This document shows, piece by piece, positions 33,228 to 43,709 of a stretch of 64,000 nucleotides of DNA. The DNA lies in contig OZ241907.1 in NCBI GenBank assembly GCA_965203515.1, forward strand, positions 2,624,001 through 2,688,000, read 5' to 3'. The notes under the pieces were generated by a model. The model was not told where the DNA came from. It saw only the letters and a program-made list of their open reading frames with translations, and did no database searches. This stretch comes from Spirochaetia bacterium. GTDB lineage: Bacteria > Spirochaetota > Spirochaetia > SZUA-6 > Bin103. A program made the translations under genes and the position numbers. Each line of letters opens with the position of its first letter. The stretch's first letter is position 1.

Positions 33228-34277
33228 TCACGACAGGCTGACGCGCGCGCCGCTGCGCGCCGATTCGTGCGCCGCCTCGATCGCGCGCAACGTGCCGGCG
33301 GCGAACTCGGCGGTGAGCGGCGCTGCTCCGGCCGTCCCCAGCCGGTCCTGGAAGTGGGCTATGGCGGGCGCGAACGCCGGACCGCCGTTGTCCAGAGTGA
33401 TGGTGTCGCGCCGGACGCCGTCGAGATGCCCGGCGGTGAGGTGGCCGGTGGTGATGTGAATGGTGCTCTCCGCGAGCGGATGGTAGGGCTCCGGCACGTG
33501 CATCACGCCGGCGCTGCCGGTGATCGTGATGCCGCGGTGGCGGTAGTCGTCGAATCCGCCCATGGCGATCGCCTGCACGCCGCCGGGCAGCTCCATCAGC
33601 ACGCTGGCCGCGCCGTCGATGCCGCCGTCGACGTCGTAGCGCACGGCCGCCTGCACGGTGAGCGGATCGGCGTTGAGCAAATGGCGGATGTACGCGATCG
33701 GGTAGCAGACCACGTCGAGCAGTCCGCCGCCGCCCATCGCGGGGTCCATCCGGTAGTCGCCGGCGCGCTGCCGGCGGTCGAAGAAGAAGCTCATGTGGCC
33801 GGTGATCTGGCTGACCGTGCCGATGCGGCCGGCGGAGAGCAGCTCGCTCACTACGCGGGTCTGCGGGTGGTAGCGGAAGACGAACGCCTCCAGCAACGGG
33901 ACGCCGAGCTGACGGCAGCGCGCCGCTACGCGCGCGGCGCTGTCGGCAGCGTCGGTGAGCGGTTTCTCGCAGAAGACCGGGATGCCGCGCTCGGCCGCCT
34001 CCAGGGTCCAGCGCTCGTGCTCGGAGTTGGGCAGCGGCACGTACACCGCGTCGATCGCGCCGCTGTCGAGCAGCTCCCGGTAGGAGCCGAACGCCCGCGC
34101 CGCGCCGTGCGCAGCGCCGCGGGCACCGCCCACGGCGGCAGCGAACGCCTCCGCCCGCTCTGCGTCGCGGCTGGCGACCGCGGTCAGCTCGGCGCCGCGC
34201 ACCGTGCGCAGCGCCGGGATGAAGACGTTGGCCGCGATCTGCGCGGTACCCAGGATGCCCCAACGGACCGTCGTCAT
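33228..34277 (-). CDS. Gfo/Idh/MocA oxidoreductase
   Basis: WGILGTAQIA, VYVPLPN, CEKP, GGGGLLD. Confidence 0.92.
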   Translation of the reverse strand: MTTVRWGILGTAQIAANVFIPALRTVRGAELTAVASRDAERAEAFAAAVGGARGAAHGAARAFGSYRELLDSGAIDAVYVPLPNSEHERWTLEAAERGIPVFCEKPLTDAADSAARVAARCRQLGVPLLEAFVFRYHPQTRVVSELLSAGRIGTVSQITGHMSFFFDRRQRAGDYRMDPAMGGGGLLDVVCYPIAYIRHLLNADPLTVQAAVRYDVDGGIDGAASVLMELPGGVQAIAMGGFDDYRHRGITITGSAGVMHVPEPYHPLAESTIHITTGHLTAGHLDGVRRDTITLDNGGPAFAPAIAHFQDRLGTAGAAPLTAEFAAGTLRAIEAAHESARSGARVSLS

Positions 34278-36466
34278 GATTCCTCCCTGCCGCCGCGCTC
34301 AGGCCGCCGGCCGGGGCGCAGCGACCGCAGCCGGCTGCGGTACCAGGTCCGCCGGACCTCTGCGGCGGCGCGCGCGGCGGCGGCGACCTCCGCGGCGGTC
34401 GGCCGGTAGCCGGCGTAGGCGACGCGCACGAACAGACCGACGAACTCGCGCAGCCGTGCGGCGGCCGGCGGCAGCCGCCCGGCGAACGACCGTTCCCAGG
34501 ACAGCCAGCCGGTCGTTTCCGGCAGCGGTATGCCGGCGTGCGCGGCGAGCTTGACGTAGCGCTGCGCGACGCGGCCGATCGGGCTGGCGCGCAGCGATGC
34601 GCGCGCGGCCATGATCAGACGCGCCGCCGCCCACGCGACCGCGGCCAGGATCAGCGCCGCCGCGCCGGCCAGCAACGGCCGCGCGTTCAGAGCGCGGCGT
34701 TCGGCGCGGATATCCCGGCGCAGCATGGAGGAGAGCTGCCGCGCGGTGGCCGGGTCGAGTTGCACCTCCGCCGCCACCTCCGCCAGCTCCGCGGCCTCCG
34801 CCTGACCCAGGTTCGGCGTGAAGCCCGGATTGACCGCCGGGGTCGCCTCCCAGGTCGTCCAGCCATGCGGCTCCAGCCACACCTCCGCCCAGGTGTGAGC
34901 GGCCAGGCCGGTCACCTCCGCTTCCGTGGAGACCACCTCCGCGACGTCGAGGTCCGGGTCGTCCAGCTCATCGATGCCGGTCAGGATGGCATCGAGCGAC
35001 GTGACCGGAAAGTGCACGAGATAGCCGGAGACGTAGCGCGCGGGGATGCCGTTGACGCGGGCGAAGATGGTAAAGGCGGTGGCGAAGTGGACGCAGTAGC
35101 CGCGCCGCTCGCCCAACAGAAAGTGGCCGATGAAGTCTTCGCCGCGGCCCGGCGCGGGGGGCGTCAGCGAGTAGACGCAGGTCGACTTGAGGAACCGTTC
35201 GATGGCGCGCAGCCGATCGGCGGCGCCGACGGCCCCCCGGGTCGCGTCGTTCGCCAGCGATCGCACCTCCTCCGGCAGGGACGCGGGCACCTGCAGGTAG
35301 CGGCTGTCGGTCGGCGGCGCGAGGGTGCGGATCGCCGGGTGGCGCCGCAGGCCGATCGAGGTGCCGCGCAGGATCGGCTCCAGCGGAAAGAAGCCGCGCG
35401 CGTAGTCGGCCACGGCGAGCTGCGGCCGGTATGGCGTGACCGAGAAGTCGACCGTATCGACGGTGTGCGGCAACGCGTCGTACGCGTCCGCCAACAGCTC
35501 GACGCGCACGTCCGCGTCCCGCGTGAGGGGCGGCGGAAAGAGGATGAAGCGCTCCGTGTCGAGCGCGCTCGCCGGCCCCTGCTGCGTGAACGCCCAGGTA
35601 GCGCCGTCGTAGTGGTCGAACACCTCGGTGCGCAGATAGAGCGTGCGCGGGTCCGGCGAGTGGACGCGCAACAGGGGGCGCGGCGACAGCACCGGCGTGC
35701 CGCCCAGGCGCCGTTCCTCGTGCTGGGTGCCGAACCCCGGGATGGAGTACAGCAGCGGGAAGCGCGGAAAGGTCGAGGAGATCGCCGCCCGCATGCGCGG
35801 GTGCAGGACCAGATCGACGAAGTAGTTGCCGCCGCCGGGGCGGGGGAACAGCAGGCCGACTCCTGCGGCCAGCAGCACGATGACGGCCGCGAACGCCGCG
35901 GCGCCGCCGGCGCGCTCCGGTACGCCGCGGCCGCCGAGCACGACCACCGCCAGCACCACGGCCGCCAGGGTGAGCGCATGGAGCACCGGCGACTGGACGA
36001 TCACCGCCGCCAGCCCCATCCCCAGCACCGCCAGGACGGCCGCCGCCAGGCCGAAGCCGCTCGACAACACCACCCCCGCCGCTGACGAGAACGCCCAGCC
36101 GGCGATCAGCGTGAACAGGTTGGAGACCGTTCCCTGCTGCGTGCCCTGCGCCACCTCCAGGAACCACAGCCGGTACGAGGAGAACGGCGTGATGACGATG
36201 CCGACCAGGATCGACGCGCCGAACAGCGCCGAGGCGCCGGCCGCCGCCCACCGCACCGGCCTGGCGGCCGGCGCCGGCACGAACGCCGCGGCGATCTGCA
36301 GCGCCGCCACTGCGCCGGTGAGGCCCAGCACGAGCGCCGCCGACAGATCGGCGCGCAGCAGCCAGCGCACGGCGATCGGCAGCGCCAGCGCGATTGCGGC
36401 TGCCGCCGCGGCCTGCAGTTCAGGCCGAACGGCGGAGCGCGGCCGTCGCAACGCGGACGTCGCCAC
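34274..36466 (-). CDS. Membrane transglutaminase-like protein (TgpA/DUF3488-type)
   Basis: N-terminal TM helices; GYCVHFATA, PARYVSGY, HTWAEVW, WEATP. Confidence 0.88.
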   Translation of the reverse strand: MATSALRRPRSAVRPELQAAAAAAIALALPIAVRWLLRADLSAALVLGLTGAVAALQIAAAFVPAPAARPVRWAAAGASALFGASILVGIVITPFSSYRLWFLEVAQGTQQGTVSNLFTLIAGWAFSSAAGVVLSSGFGLAAAVLAVLGMGLAAVIVQSPVLHALTLAAVVLAVVVLGGRGVPERAGGAAAFAAVIVLLAAGVGLLFPRPGGGNYFVDLVLHPRMRAAISSTFPRFPLLYSIPGFGTQHEERRLGGTPVLSPRPLLRVHSPDPRTLYLRTEVFDHYDGATWAFTQQGPASALDTERFILFPPPLTRDADVRVELLADAYDALPHTVDTVDFSVTPYRPQLAVADYARGFFPLEPILRGTSIGLRRHPAIRTLAPPTDSRYLQVPASLPEEVRSLANDATRGAVGAADRLRAIERFLKSTCVYSLTPPAPGRGEDFIGHFLLGERRGYCVHFATAFTIFARVNGIPARYVSGYLVHFPVTSLDAILTGIDELDDPDLDVAEVVSTEAEVTGLAAHTWAEVWLEPHGWTTWEATPAVNPGFTPNLGQAEAAELAEVAAEVQLDPATARQLSSMLRRDIRAERRALNARPLLAGAAALILAAVAWAAARLIMAARASLRASPIGRVAQRYVKLAAHAGIPLPETTGWLSWERSFAGRLPPAAARLREFVGLFVRVAYAGYRPTAAEVAAAARAAAEVRRTWYRSRLRSLRPGRRPERGGREES

Positions 36467-37694
36467 CGACCAGATCCTCCTCGATCGTGTCAGGTCCCCG
36501 CAGCAGCATGACGCGGCCGCCGCGATTGCGCACCGTATTGAAGTACTGCTCGGCGTCGTACAGCGCGCGCCGGTCGCGCCCGGTGCCGTTGAAGATCACG
36601 CCGCTCACCTGCTTGGAGCTGACCGACGCCTCGATGATCGCGAACAGCTCCGGGTCGAGGTGATGGGTGAGGAACATGACCGACTCCGCGTCGTCGGCGC
36701 GCGCCTCCCAGTCCGCCCAGAACAGGCGCGCCGGCGACACGCCGTCCTTGAACTCCAGCCGGAAGTTCTCCCGGTACAGCCGGTCGAACTCATCCGGATG
36801 CCGGCCCGCGAACGCGTAGACCTCCTGACCGACCGCCGCGCGGACCGCGGTCGGCACCCCCGTCGACAGGAAGTGGCGCACCACCGCCAGCAGCGCCTCG
36901 ATCGTCACGTCCTCGACGGCCAGCGCCGGCGCGTCGACCTCCCCGGCCGGCGGCATGCGCAGGTCGACGTAGATCGTCACCGCCGGCTCCGAGCTGGCCT
37001 GATACTGGCGGATGAACGGCTTGCCGATGGCGGCGAACTTGCGCCAAGCGATGTGGCGGGCCGCCTCGCCGTGGCGCGCCTCGCGGAGCTGCGTGAACAT
37101 GGCGTAATCGGGCTCGCCGACCATCGATTCGCGCCGGCCGGCGTGCGGATGCGCCTCGTCCCCGGCCGCCAGGCGGGAGAGCTTCAGCACGCGCGGAAAG
37201 ACCCGGAACTCACGGAATCCGACCTCGGGGCGCGCCGCGAACAGGCGCAGCGGGTCGCGCAGGGTGACGCGCCGGATGCCGATCGTGTAGATGCCGCGGT
37301 AGGGAAGCCGGATCGGGTAGTCGCGGTCGATCACGGCGTTGCCTCCCAGGTAGATCGACAGATCGGGGAGCGCCGTCTCGCCCAGCGGGCGCACCGCCTT
37401 GAACTCCACGTGGAGCTGCGAGACCGGGATCACCGAACGGTTCTCGATCCGCAACGAGTAGACGATCCGCTCGCCCTTGACCGGGTGGGCGCTGGAGAAG
37501 CGCTGCCCGTAGGCGACCGCGGCGGAGGCCGCCCGCAGCGCGATGAACGAGAAGAGCGGGAGCAGCAGCAGCGTGATCGCCAGGACGACGAAGAATCCCC
37601 CCAGGTAGGCTGCCGCCAAGTAGGCGATGACCAGCGTCGCGGCGTAGAAGCCGAGCGCCCGCGCCCGTTGCCCGAGCGTGAAGGAGCGGGTCAT
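36420..37694 (-). CDS. DUF58 domain protein
   Basis: RG.Y, DPLRLF, V.PR, LRE...GE..RHIAWR; -10 TAGATT 7 nt before ATG 37694. Confidence 0.85.
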   Translation of the reverse strand: MTRSFTLGQRARALGFYAATLVIAYLAAAYLGGFFVVLAITLLLLPLFSFIALRAASAAVAYGQRFSSAHPVKGERIVYSLRIENRSVIPVSQLHVEFKAVRPLGETALPDLSIYLGGNAVIDRDYPIRLPYRGIYTIGIRRVTLRDPLRLFAARPEVGFREFRVFPRVLKLSRLAAGDEAHPHAGRRESMVGEPDYAMFTQLREARHGEAARHIAWRKFAAIGKPFIRQYQASSEPAVTIYVDLRMPPAGEVDAPALAVEDVTIEALLAVVRHFLSTGVPTAVRAAVGQEVYAFAGRHPDEFDRLYRENFRLEFKDGVSPARLFWADWEARADDAESVMFLTHHLDPELFAIIEASVSSKQVSGVIFNGTGRDRRALYDAEQYFNTVRNRGGRVMLLRGPDTIEEDLVGGDVRVATAALRRSA

Positions 37695-37765
37695 CGGGCG
37701 AAATCTACCACGCGCCGGCCTGCGCTGACTCACCGCCCGCGGCGGTGCTACGATAGCCGTTCGAC

Positions 37766-38596
37766 ATGGAGCATCTCTCGCCCGCGCTGGCGGGCCGATC
37801 GTTCGTGGTCACCGGCGGCGCGCTCGGCATCGGCGGGGGCATCGCGGACGCGGCGGCCGCGGCCGGCGCCAAGGTGCTGGTCGTCGACCGCGACGCCGAC
37901 GCGGGTCGGGCGCGGGTCGAGCGGATCGCGGCGGCCGGCGGCGCCGCCGCGTTCCTGCAGGCCGACCTGGCCACCCACGACGGCTGCCGCGCGGCGGTCG
38001 ATGAGGCGGTGGCCGCCTTCGGCGCCGTGGACGTGCTGTGCAACAACGTCGGCATTCAGCCGCCCGCGTCCTACGCGACGGCGGAGGAGACGACCGAGGA
38101 GATGTGGGACCTGATCATGGCGGTCAACGTCAAGAGCTACTTCTTGACCGCCAAGTATGCCATCCCGCACATGCGGCGCCGCGGCGGCGGGGCGATCATC
38201 AACGTCGCCAGCGTGCAGGGCCTGCAGTCGGCGCCGCTGGTTCCCGCGTACGCCGCCAGCAAGGGCGCGGTGCTGTCGCTGACCCGTCAATTGGCGATCG
38301 ACTACGCGCGCGAGAACATCCGCGCGCTGGCCGTCTGCCCCGGCAGCATCGACACCCCGCTGCTGCGCGCCGCCGCGGCGATGCAGGACGGTGACGTGGA
38401 GCGGACGGTCCGGGACTGGGGACGCTCCCATCCGCTCGGCCGGACCGGGCAGCCGGAGGACATCGCCTCGGTGGTGGTGTTCCTGGCCGGACCGGGCGCG
38501 TCGTTCATGACCGGCGAGTACGTCTGCGTCGACGGCGGCTACAACGCGCTGGGCGCCTGGGCCGAGCCGCGCGAGCCGGCGCCGGCCGACGCGTGA
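37766..38596 (+). CDS. SDR family oxidoreductase
   Basis: TGGALGIG, NNVG, SVQG, YAASK, PGSIDT. Confidence 0.93.
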   Translation: MEHLSPALAGRSFVVTGGALGIGGGIADAAAAAGAKVLVVDRDADAGRARVERIAAAGGAAAFLQADLATHDGCRAAVDEAVAAFGAVDVLCNNVGIQPPASYATAEETTEEMWDLIMAVNVKSYFLTAKYAIPHMRRRGGGAIINVASVQGLQSAPLVPAYAASKGAVLSLTRQLAIDYARENIRALAVCPGSIDTPLLRAAAAMQDGDVERTVRDWGRSHPLGRTGQPEDIASVVVFLAGPGASFMTGEYVCVDGGYNALGAWAEPREPAPADA

Positions 38597-39411
38597 GCGA
38601 CCGCCTGGACGGCCGCGTGGCGGTCGTCACCGGAGGAGCCGGCGGCATCGGGCGCGCGGTCTGCCGGCGCTTCGCGGACCGGGGCGCGCGCGTGACGGTC
38701 GCCGACCTGGCGGCCGACCGCGCCGTGGAGACGGCCGCCGAATGCGGCGCCGAGCGCGCGCTCGGCGCGTCGGTCGACGTGGTCGACCCCGATTCGGCCG
38801 CGCGCTGCGTGGCGGCCACCGTGGAGCGGTTCGGCCGCGTCGACTACTTGGCGTACTGCGCCGGCAACAACATCAAGGCGCCCGCCCTTGAGCTGACGCT
38901 GGCCGACTGGCGCAGCCAGCTCGACGCCCATCTGACCGGCGCGTTCGTCTTCTGTCAGGCGGTGGGCCGGCGGCTGGTCGCGCAGGGCGAGGGGGGCCGC
39001 ATCGTGCTGCTCTCTTCCGTGGCGGCGTGGGCGCCGATACCGCAGCGGGGCGCCTACAGCCCGTCCAAGGCGGGGCTGGTGAGCCTTGCGCAGGTGTTGT
39101 CGGTCGAGTGGGCGGAGCATCGGATCAACGTCAACGCCGTCTGTCCCGGCGTGGCGAAGACACCGATGACCGATTTGGTGTATTCACGTGACCCGGAGTT
39201 GCAGCGGATCCGCCGGAGCCGGATGCCGATTCCCCGTGAGGTGCTGCCGGAAGAGATCGCCGACCTGGTGGTCTTCCTGTGCGGCGCCGGCTCGGCCTAC
39301 GTCAACGGGGCGGCGATACCGATCGACGGCGGCTTTCTCAACTCCGGATTCATGCCGGAGCGGAAGCTCGACGAGGCACATCACAGGCAATTCATGAGCG
39401 AAGGAGCATGA
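38593..39411 (+). CDS. SDR family oxidoreductase
   Basis: TGGAGGIG, YSPSK, NVNAVCPG, IDGG. Confidence 0.93.
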   Translation: MSDRLDGRVAVVTGGAGGIGRAVCRRFADRGARVTVADLAADRAVETAAECGAERALGASVDVVDPDSAARCVAATVERFGRVDYLAYCAGNNIKAPALELTLADWRSQLDAHLTGAFVFCQAVGRRLVAQGEGGRIVLLSSVAAWAPIPQRGAYSPSKAGLVSLAQVLSVEWAEHRINVNAVCPGVAKTPMTDLVYSRDPELQRIRRSRMPIPREVLPEEIADLVVFLCGAGSAYVNGAAIPIDGGFLNSGFMPERKLDEAHHRQFMSEGA

Positions 39412-39416
39412 GAACC

Positions 39417-39656
39417 ATGGCTGATACTGAGAAACGGGACCTGGACAAGCGGATGATCGGGGTGATCATCGGCGCCGTCGGTCTGCTGCTGTTCGTGCTG
39501 GGCGTGCTGGGCGTGCTGCGGGTCACCTTCATCGGGGTGATCGGCGTGATCGTCGGCGTCATCGTCCTGTTCGTCGGCATCAACGACAAGAAGAAGTGGG
39601 AAGAGGTGAAGAAGGACCTCTACCCGGAAGGGGAAGACGCCGGCGGCCAGAGCTGA
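39417..39656 (+). CDS. Small two-TM membrane protein
   Basis: AAGGAG ribosome-binding site, two Gly-rich hydrophobic helices, host-like codon usage. Confidence 0.7.
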   Translation: MADTEKRDLDKRMIGVIIGAVGLLLFVLGVLGVLRVTFIGVIGVIVGVIVLFVGINDKKKWEEVKKDLYPEGEDAGGQS

Positions 39657-39698
39657 TCGGCGGCGCCCGGCGCGCGCCGGTATGACCGCAGATTCACC

Positions 39699-40856
39699 GT
39701 GACGACCGCAGCCGCCGGCGCGCGCCGCCTGTCCGTCCGCCCCGCGCAGCCCGCCGACCTGCGCGCCTTCGTCCGGTTCCCGTGGGCGGTCTACCGGGAC
39801 GACCCGCAGTGGGTGCCGCCGCTGATCCGGCGCGAACGGCGGCGGCTGGATCCGGCCGCCAACCCGTTCTTCGAGCATGCGTCGATGCAGCCGTTCGCGG
39901 CCTTCCGCGCCGGCCGCATGATCGGCCGCATCGCCGCGATCGTCGACGCGCGTCACAACGAGTACCACGGCGAATCGACCGGCTTCTTCGGGTTCTTCGA
40001 GTGCGCGGACGACCCGGAGGCGGCCGCGGCGCTGCTCGAGACCGCCGCCGACTGGCTGCGCGGCCGCGGCATGACCGCCATGCGGGGGCCGTTCAATCCG
40101 TCCACCAGCGATTCGCTCGGCATCCTGGTCGACGGCTTCGACCGCCCGCCGGCGATCCTGATGGCCTACAACCCGCCGTACTACCCGCGCCTGCTGGAAC
40201 GGGCGGGACTGGTCAAGGCGATGGACCTGTACGCCTACTACCTGCACTCCTCGGAAGCGGCGATACCGCCCAAGATCGCGCGCGTGGCGGCCGCGGTGCG
40301 CAAGCGTCACGGGGTGACCGTCCGGTCGGGGAACCCGCGCCGGATACGCCAAGACCTCGACCTGATAAAGCTGATCCACAATGAGGCGTCCGGCCGCAAC
40401 TGGGGGTTCGTGCCCAAGACCGACGCGGAGCTCGACCGCATCGCCCGCGACCTGCGGCGGCTGATCGATCCCGAGCTGGCGCTGTTCGCCTTCGTGAACG
40501 GCGAGCCGGCCGGGTTTTCGCTGGCGCTGCCCGACTGGAATCAGGTGCTGCGCGACATCGACGGCCGGCTGTTCCCGTTCGGGTTTCTGCGGTTGCTGCG
40601 CGGCCGGCGCCGCATCGACCTGCTGCGCGTCTACACGACCGGCGTGCGCCCGCGCTTCCGCAACCTGGGGCTCGACGCGATCTTCTACTACGAGACCTGG
40701 GTGCGCGGCGTCGGCCGGGGGCTGCTGGGCGGCGAGTTCTCCTGGGTGCTGGAGGACAACGTCAACATGCGCAACACCCTGGAGAACATGGGCGCGCGCC
40801 GGCACAAGACCTACCGCATCTATGAACGCTCGCTGGAGCGGCCGCCCCGCGATTGA
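39699..40856 (+). CDS. GNAT-family N-acetyltransferase (YghO-like)
   Basis: PQWVPPL, GRIAA, GFFGFFEC, RGPFNP, YNPPYY, SWVLEDN. Confidence 0.85.
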   Translation: MTTAAAGARRLSVRPAQPADLRAFVRFPWAVYRDDPQWVPPLIRRERRRLDPAANPFFEHASMQPFAAFRAGRMIGRIAAIVDARHNEYHGESTGFFGFFECADDPEAAAALLETAADWLRGRGMTAMRGPFNPSTSDSLGILVDGFDRPPAILMAYNPPYYPRLLERAGLVKAMDLYAYYLHSSEAAIPPKIARVAAAVRKRHGVTVRSGNPRRIRQDLDLIKLIHNEASGRNWGFVPKTDAELDRIARDLRRLIDPELALFAFVNGEPAGFSLALPDWNQVLRDIDGRLFPFGFLRLLRGRRRIDLLRVYTTGVRPRFRNLGLDAIFYYETWVRGVGRGLLGGEFSWVLEDNVNMRNTLENMGARRHKTYRIYERSLERPPRD

Positions 40857-40890
40857 CCGCGGAGTGCCGGGCCGATAGCATTGCGGCGTC

Positions 40891-41460
40891 ATGTCGGTAC
40901 TCGAAACCATCGCCGCCCGGCGTTCCGTATTCGACTTCCAGCCGGCGGCCGTACCGCGCCCGCGGATCGAGCGCGCGCTGCAGGCGGCCGTCTGGGCGCC
41001 GAACCACAAGCTGACCGAACCGTGGCGGTTCATCGTCGTCGGACCGGAGGGCAAGCACCGGCTCGGCGAGGTCTACGCGCGGCTCAAGCAGGACGCGGTG
41101 CCGGTCGAGATCACGCCGGAGGCGCGCAGCGAGATCGGCCGCAAGGCGGTCGCCAAGCTCATGGGCAAGCCGACCGTGATGGCGGTGACCTGCGCGGTGT
41201 CCGGCGATCCCCTGCGGGATCGGGAGGATTACGCCGCTACCTGCTGCGCGATCCAGAACATCATGCTGGCGGCGTGGGAGGACGGCATCGGCATGCAGTG
41301 GAGCACCAGCGGCCTGATCGATGACGCGGAGGCGCTGACGGTACTGGGCGTCGATCCGGAACGGGAACGGGTGGTCGGCCTGTTGTACGCCGGCTTCGCG
41401 GAGCGGGTGCCGACCTCGTCCCGGAAGCCGGCCGCCGAGCTGACCACCTGGCTGGCGTGA
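40891..41460 (+). CDS. Nitroreductase family protein
   Basis: IAARRS, WAPNHKLTEPWRF, AIQNIMLAAW..GIG..WS. Confidence 0.92.
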   Translation: MSVLETIAARRSVFDFQPAAVPRPRIERALQAAVWAPNHKLTEPWRFIVVGPEGKHRLGEVYARLKQDAVPVEITPEARSEIGRKAVAKLMGKPTVMAVTCAVSGDPLRDREDYAATCCAIQNIMLAAWEDGIGMQWSTSGLIDDAEALTVLGVDPERERVVGLLYAGFAERVPTSSRKPAAELTTWLA

Positions 41461-41470
41461 GGAGCCGCGC

Positions 41471-42571
41471 GTGAACGCCGCCACCCCGATCGGACTGCCG
41501 GTCGACGATCTCGATACCCCGGCGCTGCTGGTCGACCTGGAGCTGCTGGACCGCAACGTCGAGCGGATCGCCCGCGTGGTGATCGAAGAAGCCGGCATCG
41601 GCTGGCGCCCGCACACCAAGGCGCTCAAGACGCCCGCGCTGGCGCACCGACTGATCGCCCGCGGCGCGCTGGGGGTGACCTGCGCCAAGTTGGCCGAGGC
41701 GGAGGTGATGGCGGCCGGCGGCGTCAAAGACATCCTGGTCGCCAATCAGGTAGTGGGGCCGGCCAAGGCGCGGCGTCTGGCGCACCTGCGCCGCAGCGCG
41801 GACGTGGCCGTGGCGGTCGACTCGGAGATCGGCGTGCGGCAGATCGGCGCCGCGGCCGCCGCCGCCGGCACCGAGGTGCGGGTCGTGGTCGAGGTGAACG
41901 TCGGCATGGACCGCGCCGGGGTCGCGCCCGGGGAGGCGGCGGTGCGCCTGGCGCGCGTCGCCGCCGGCACGCCGGGCGTGCGGCTGGCCGGGCTGATGGC
42001 GTGGGAGGGGCACACGCTCGACGTCGAGCCGGCCGCCGCCAAGCGCCGCGCGATCGAGAACGCGGTCGGCCTGTTGACCGACAGCGCCGACCGCTGCCGC
42101 GCGGCCGGGCTGCCGATCGACATCGTGAGCTGCGGCGGCACCGGCAGCTACCGGATCACCGCCCGCCAGCCGGGCGTGACCGAAATCCAGGCCGGCGGCG
42201 GCGTGCTGGGCGACGCCATGTACCGGCAACGGTTCGGCGTCGATCACGAATGCGCGCTGCGCATCGTCGCCACGGTCACCAGCCGGCCGACGCCGGAGCG
42301 GGTCGTCTGCGACGCCGGCCGCAAGACCATGAGCGTCGATTCCGCGACTCCGGAGGTCCAGCGGTTGACGGTGACCGGCGCCAGGTTCTCGGCAGAGCAC
42401 GGCGTGCTGACCCTGGCGGAGCCGTCGGACACGCCGGGCGTTGGCGACCGTCTGGAGTTCATCGCCGGCTACTCGGACACCACCGTCGTCCTGCACGACG
42501 CCATCTACGCGACGCGCAACGGCGTGGTGGAGGCGGTCTGGCCGCTACTCGGCCGCGGGCGGTTGACCTAG
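41471..42571 (+). CDS. DSD1-family PLP-dependent enzyme (D-threonine aldolase-like)
   Basis: LDTPALLVD, RPHTK, CAKLAEAE, RAGV, GGTGS, DAGRK, SAEHG. Confidence 0.9.
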   Translation: MNAATPIGLPVDDLDTPALLVDLELLDRNVERIARVVIEEAGIGWRPHTKALKTPALAHRLIARGALGVTCAKLAEAEVMAAGGVKDILVANQVVGPAKARRLAHLRRSADVAVAVDSEIGVRQIGAAAAAAGTEVRVVVEVNVGMDRAGVAPGEAAVRLARVAAGTPGVRLAGLMAWEGHTLDVEPAAAKRRAIENAVGLLTDSADRCRAAGLPIDIVSCGGTGSYRITARQPGVTEIQAGGGVLGDAMYRQRFGVDHECALRIVATVTSRPTPERVVCDAGRKTMSVDSATPEVQRLTVTGARFSAEHGVLTLAEPSDTPGVGDRLEFIAGYSDTTVVLHDAIYATRNGVVEAVWPLLGRGRLT

Positions 42572-42596
42572 GGAGCCGCGCCGCCCGCTGGCGGCG

Positions 42597-43709
42597 CTAC
42601 CCCTGACAGACCTCCCGCACCATGCGCCGGTAGACGTCCACGGCGCGGCGGAGCTGCGCCACCTCGATCCACTCGCCGTCGGTGTGCGCCTGCGCAATGT
42701 CGCCGGGCCCCATCACGACGAGCTGCACGCGTTCCTTGAAGGCGTGCGCGTCGGTGCCGTACGGCACGGTCCGCGGCCGCTCGCCGGAGGCGGCCTGCGC
42801 GATCCGCACCACCTCCGCGTCCGGGGCGACGTGGAACGGGGTGCCGGCCCGCGCTTCTACCTGCAGGCCGTGCGCGCGCGCGCGTGCGCTCACCATCTCG
42901 ATCACGTCCGGCGTGCGGTCGCCCGGCATCGGCCGGAACGCCACGGTGCAGACCGCCTTGGGCGCGGAGACGTTGGGCCGCGTACCGAAGTCGGTGAAGA
43001 CCATGTTGAAGCCGATGGTCGGCGGGTCGAAATCGCGGTTCCAGAAGCTCTCGTCGGTGCGGAACGTCTCCGCCAGTTCCGCGACCTCCGCCAGGAACGG
43101 CGCGATCAGCAGGTTGGCCGACACGCCGCGGTCGGTGGAGGTGTGCGCCGCGCGGCCGTGCGCGGTGACCACCACGCGCGCCCCGCCCTTGTGGGCGTAG
43201 ACCGGCGCCAGCCGGGTCGGTTCGGCGATGACGCCGCAGCGCGGCAACTCGGCGTTGTACAGCTCCGACTCCCGATCGATCTGCCGCGCGCCGCCGCCCG
43301 ACACCTCCTCGTCGGCGGTGGCCGCCACGTACACGGCGCGGTCGAGCCGTTCGTGCCGCAGCGCGGCGGTCGCGCACAGCGTGGCGGCCAGCGGCCCCTT
43401 CATGTCGCAGCTTCCCAACCCGATCAGGCGATCGTCCCGCACCACCGGACGGTGCGGATCGGTCGACCAGCCGTCGCCGGGGACCGTGTCGACGTGCGAG
43501 TAGAACGCCAGCCCGCCGGCGCCGCGGCCCTTCTTGCCGATCACGCTGTCCTTGCGCACGCCGGCCTCGTCGCGGTAGGTGAGCCGCTCGATCTCGAAGC
43601 CGTGCCGCTCCATGAAGCGCTCCACGACGTCGCAGACCGGGGCGCTGCTCACGCGGCTGACCGAGTCGACCGCGACCAGCTCCTTGGCCAGGACTACCGG
43701 ATCAGCCAT
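42597..43709 (-). CDS. M20 metallo-hydrolase (acetylornithine deacetylase ArgE-like)
   Basis: SHVDTVP, GSCDMKG, DEE, AEPT, GTDA, AHTDGEWI. Confidence 0.9.
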   Translation of the reverse strand: MADPVVLAKELVAVDSVSRVSSAPVCDVVERFMERHGFEIERLTYRDEAGVRKDSVIGKKGRGAGGLAFYSHVDTVPGDGWSTDPHRPVVRDDRLIGLGSCDMKGPLAATLCATAALRHERLDRAVYVAATADEEVSGGGARQIDRESELYNAELPRCGVIAEPTRLAPVYAHKGGARVVVTAHGRAAHTSTDRGVSANLLIAPFLAEVAELAETFRTDESFWNRDFDPPTIGFNMVFTDFGTRPNVSAPKAVCTVAFRPMPGDRTPDVIEMVSARARAHGLQVEARAGTPFHVAPDAEVVRIAQAASGERPRTVPYGTDAHAFKERVQLVVMGPGDIAQAHTDGEWIEVAQLRRAVDVYRRMVREVCQG

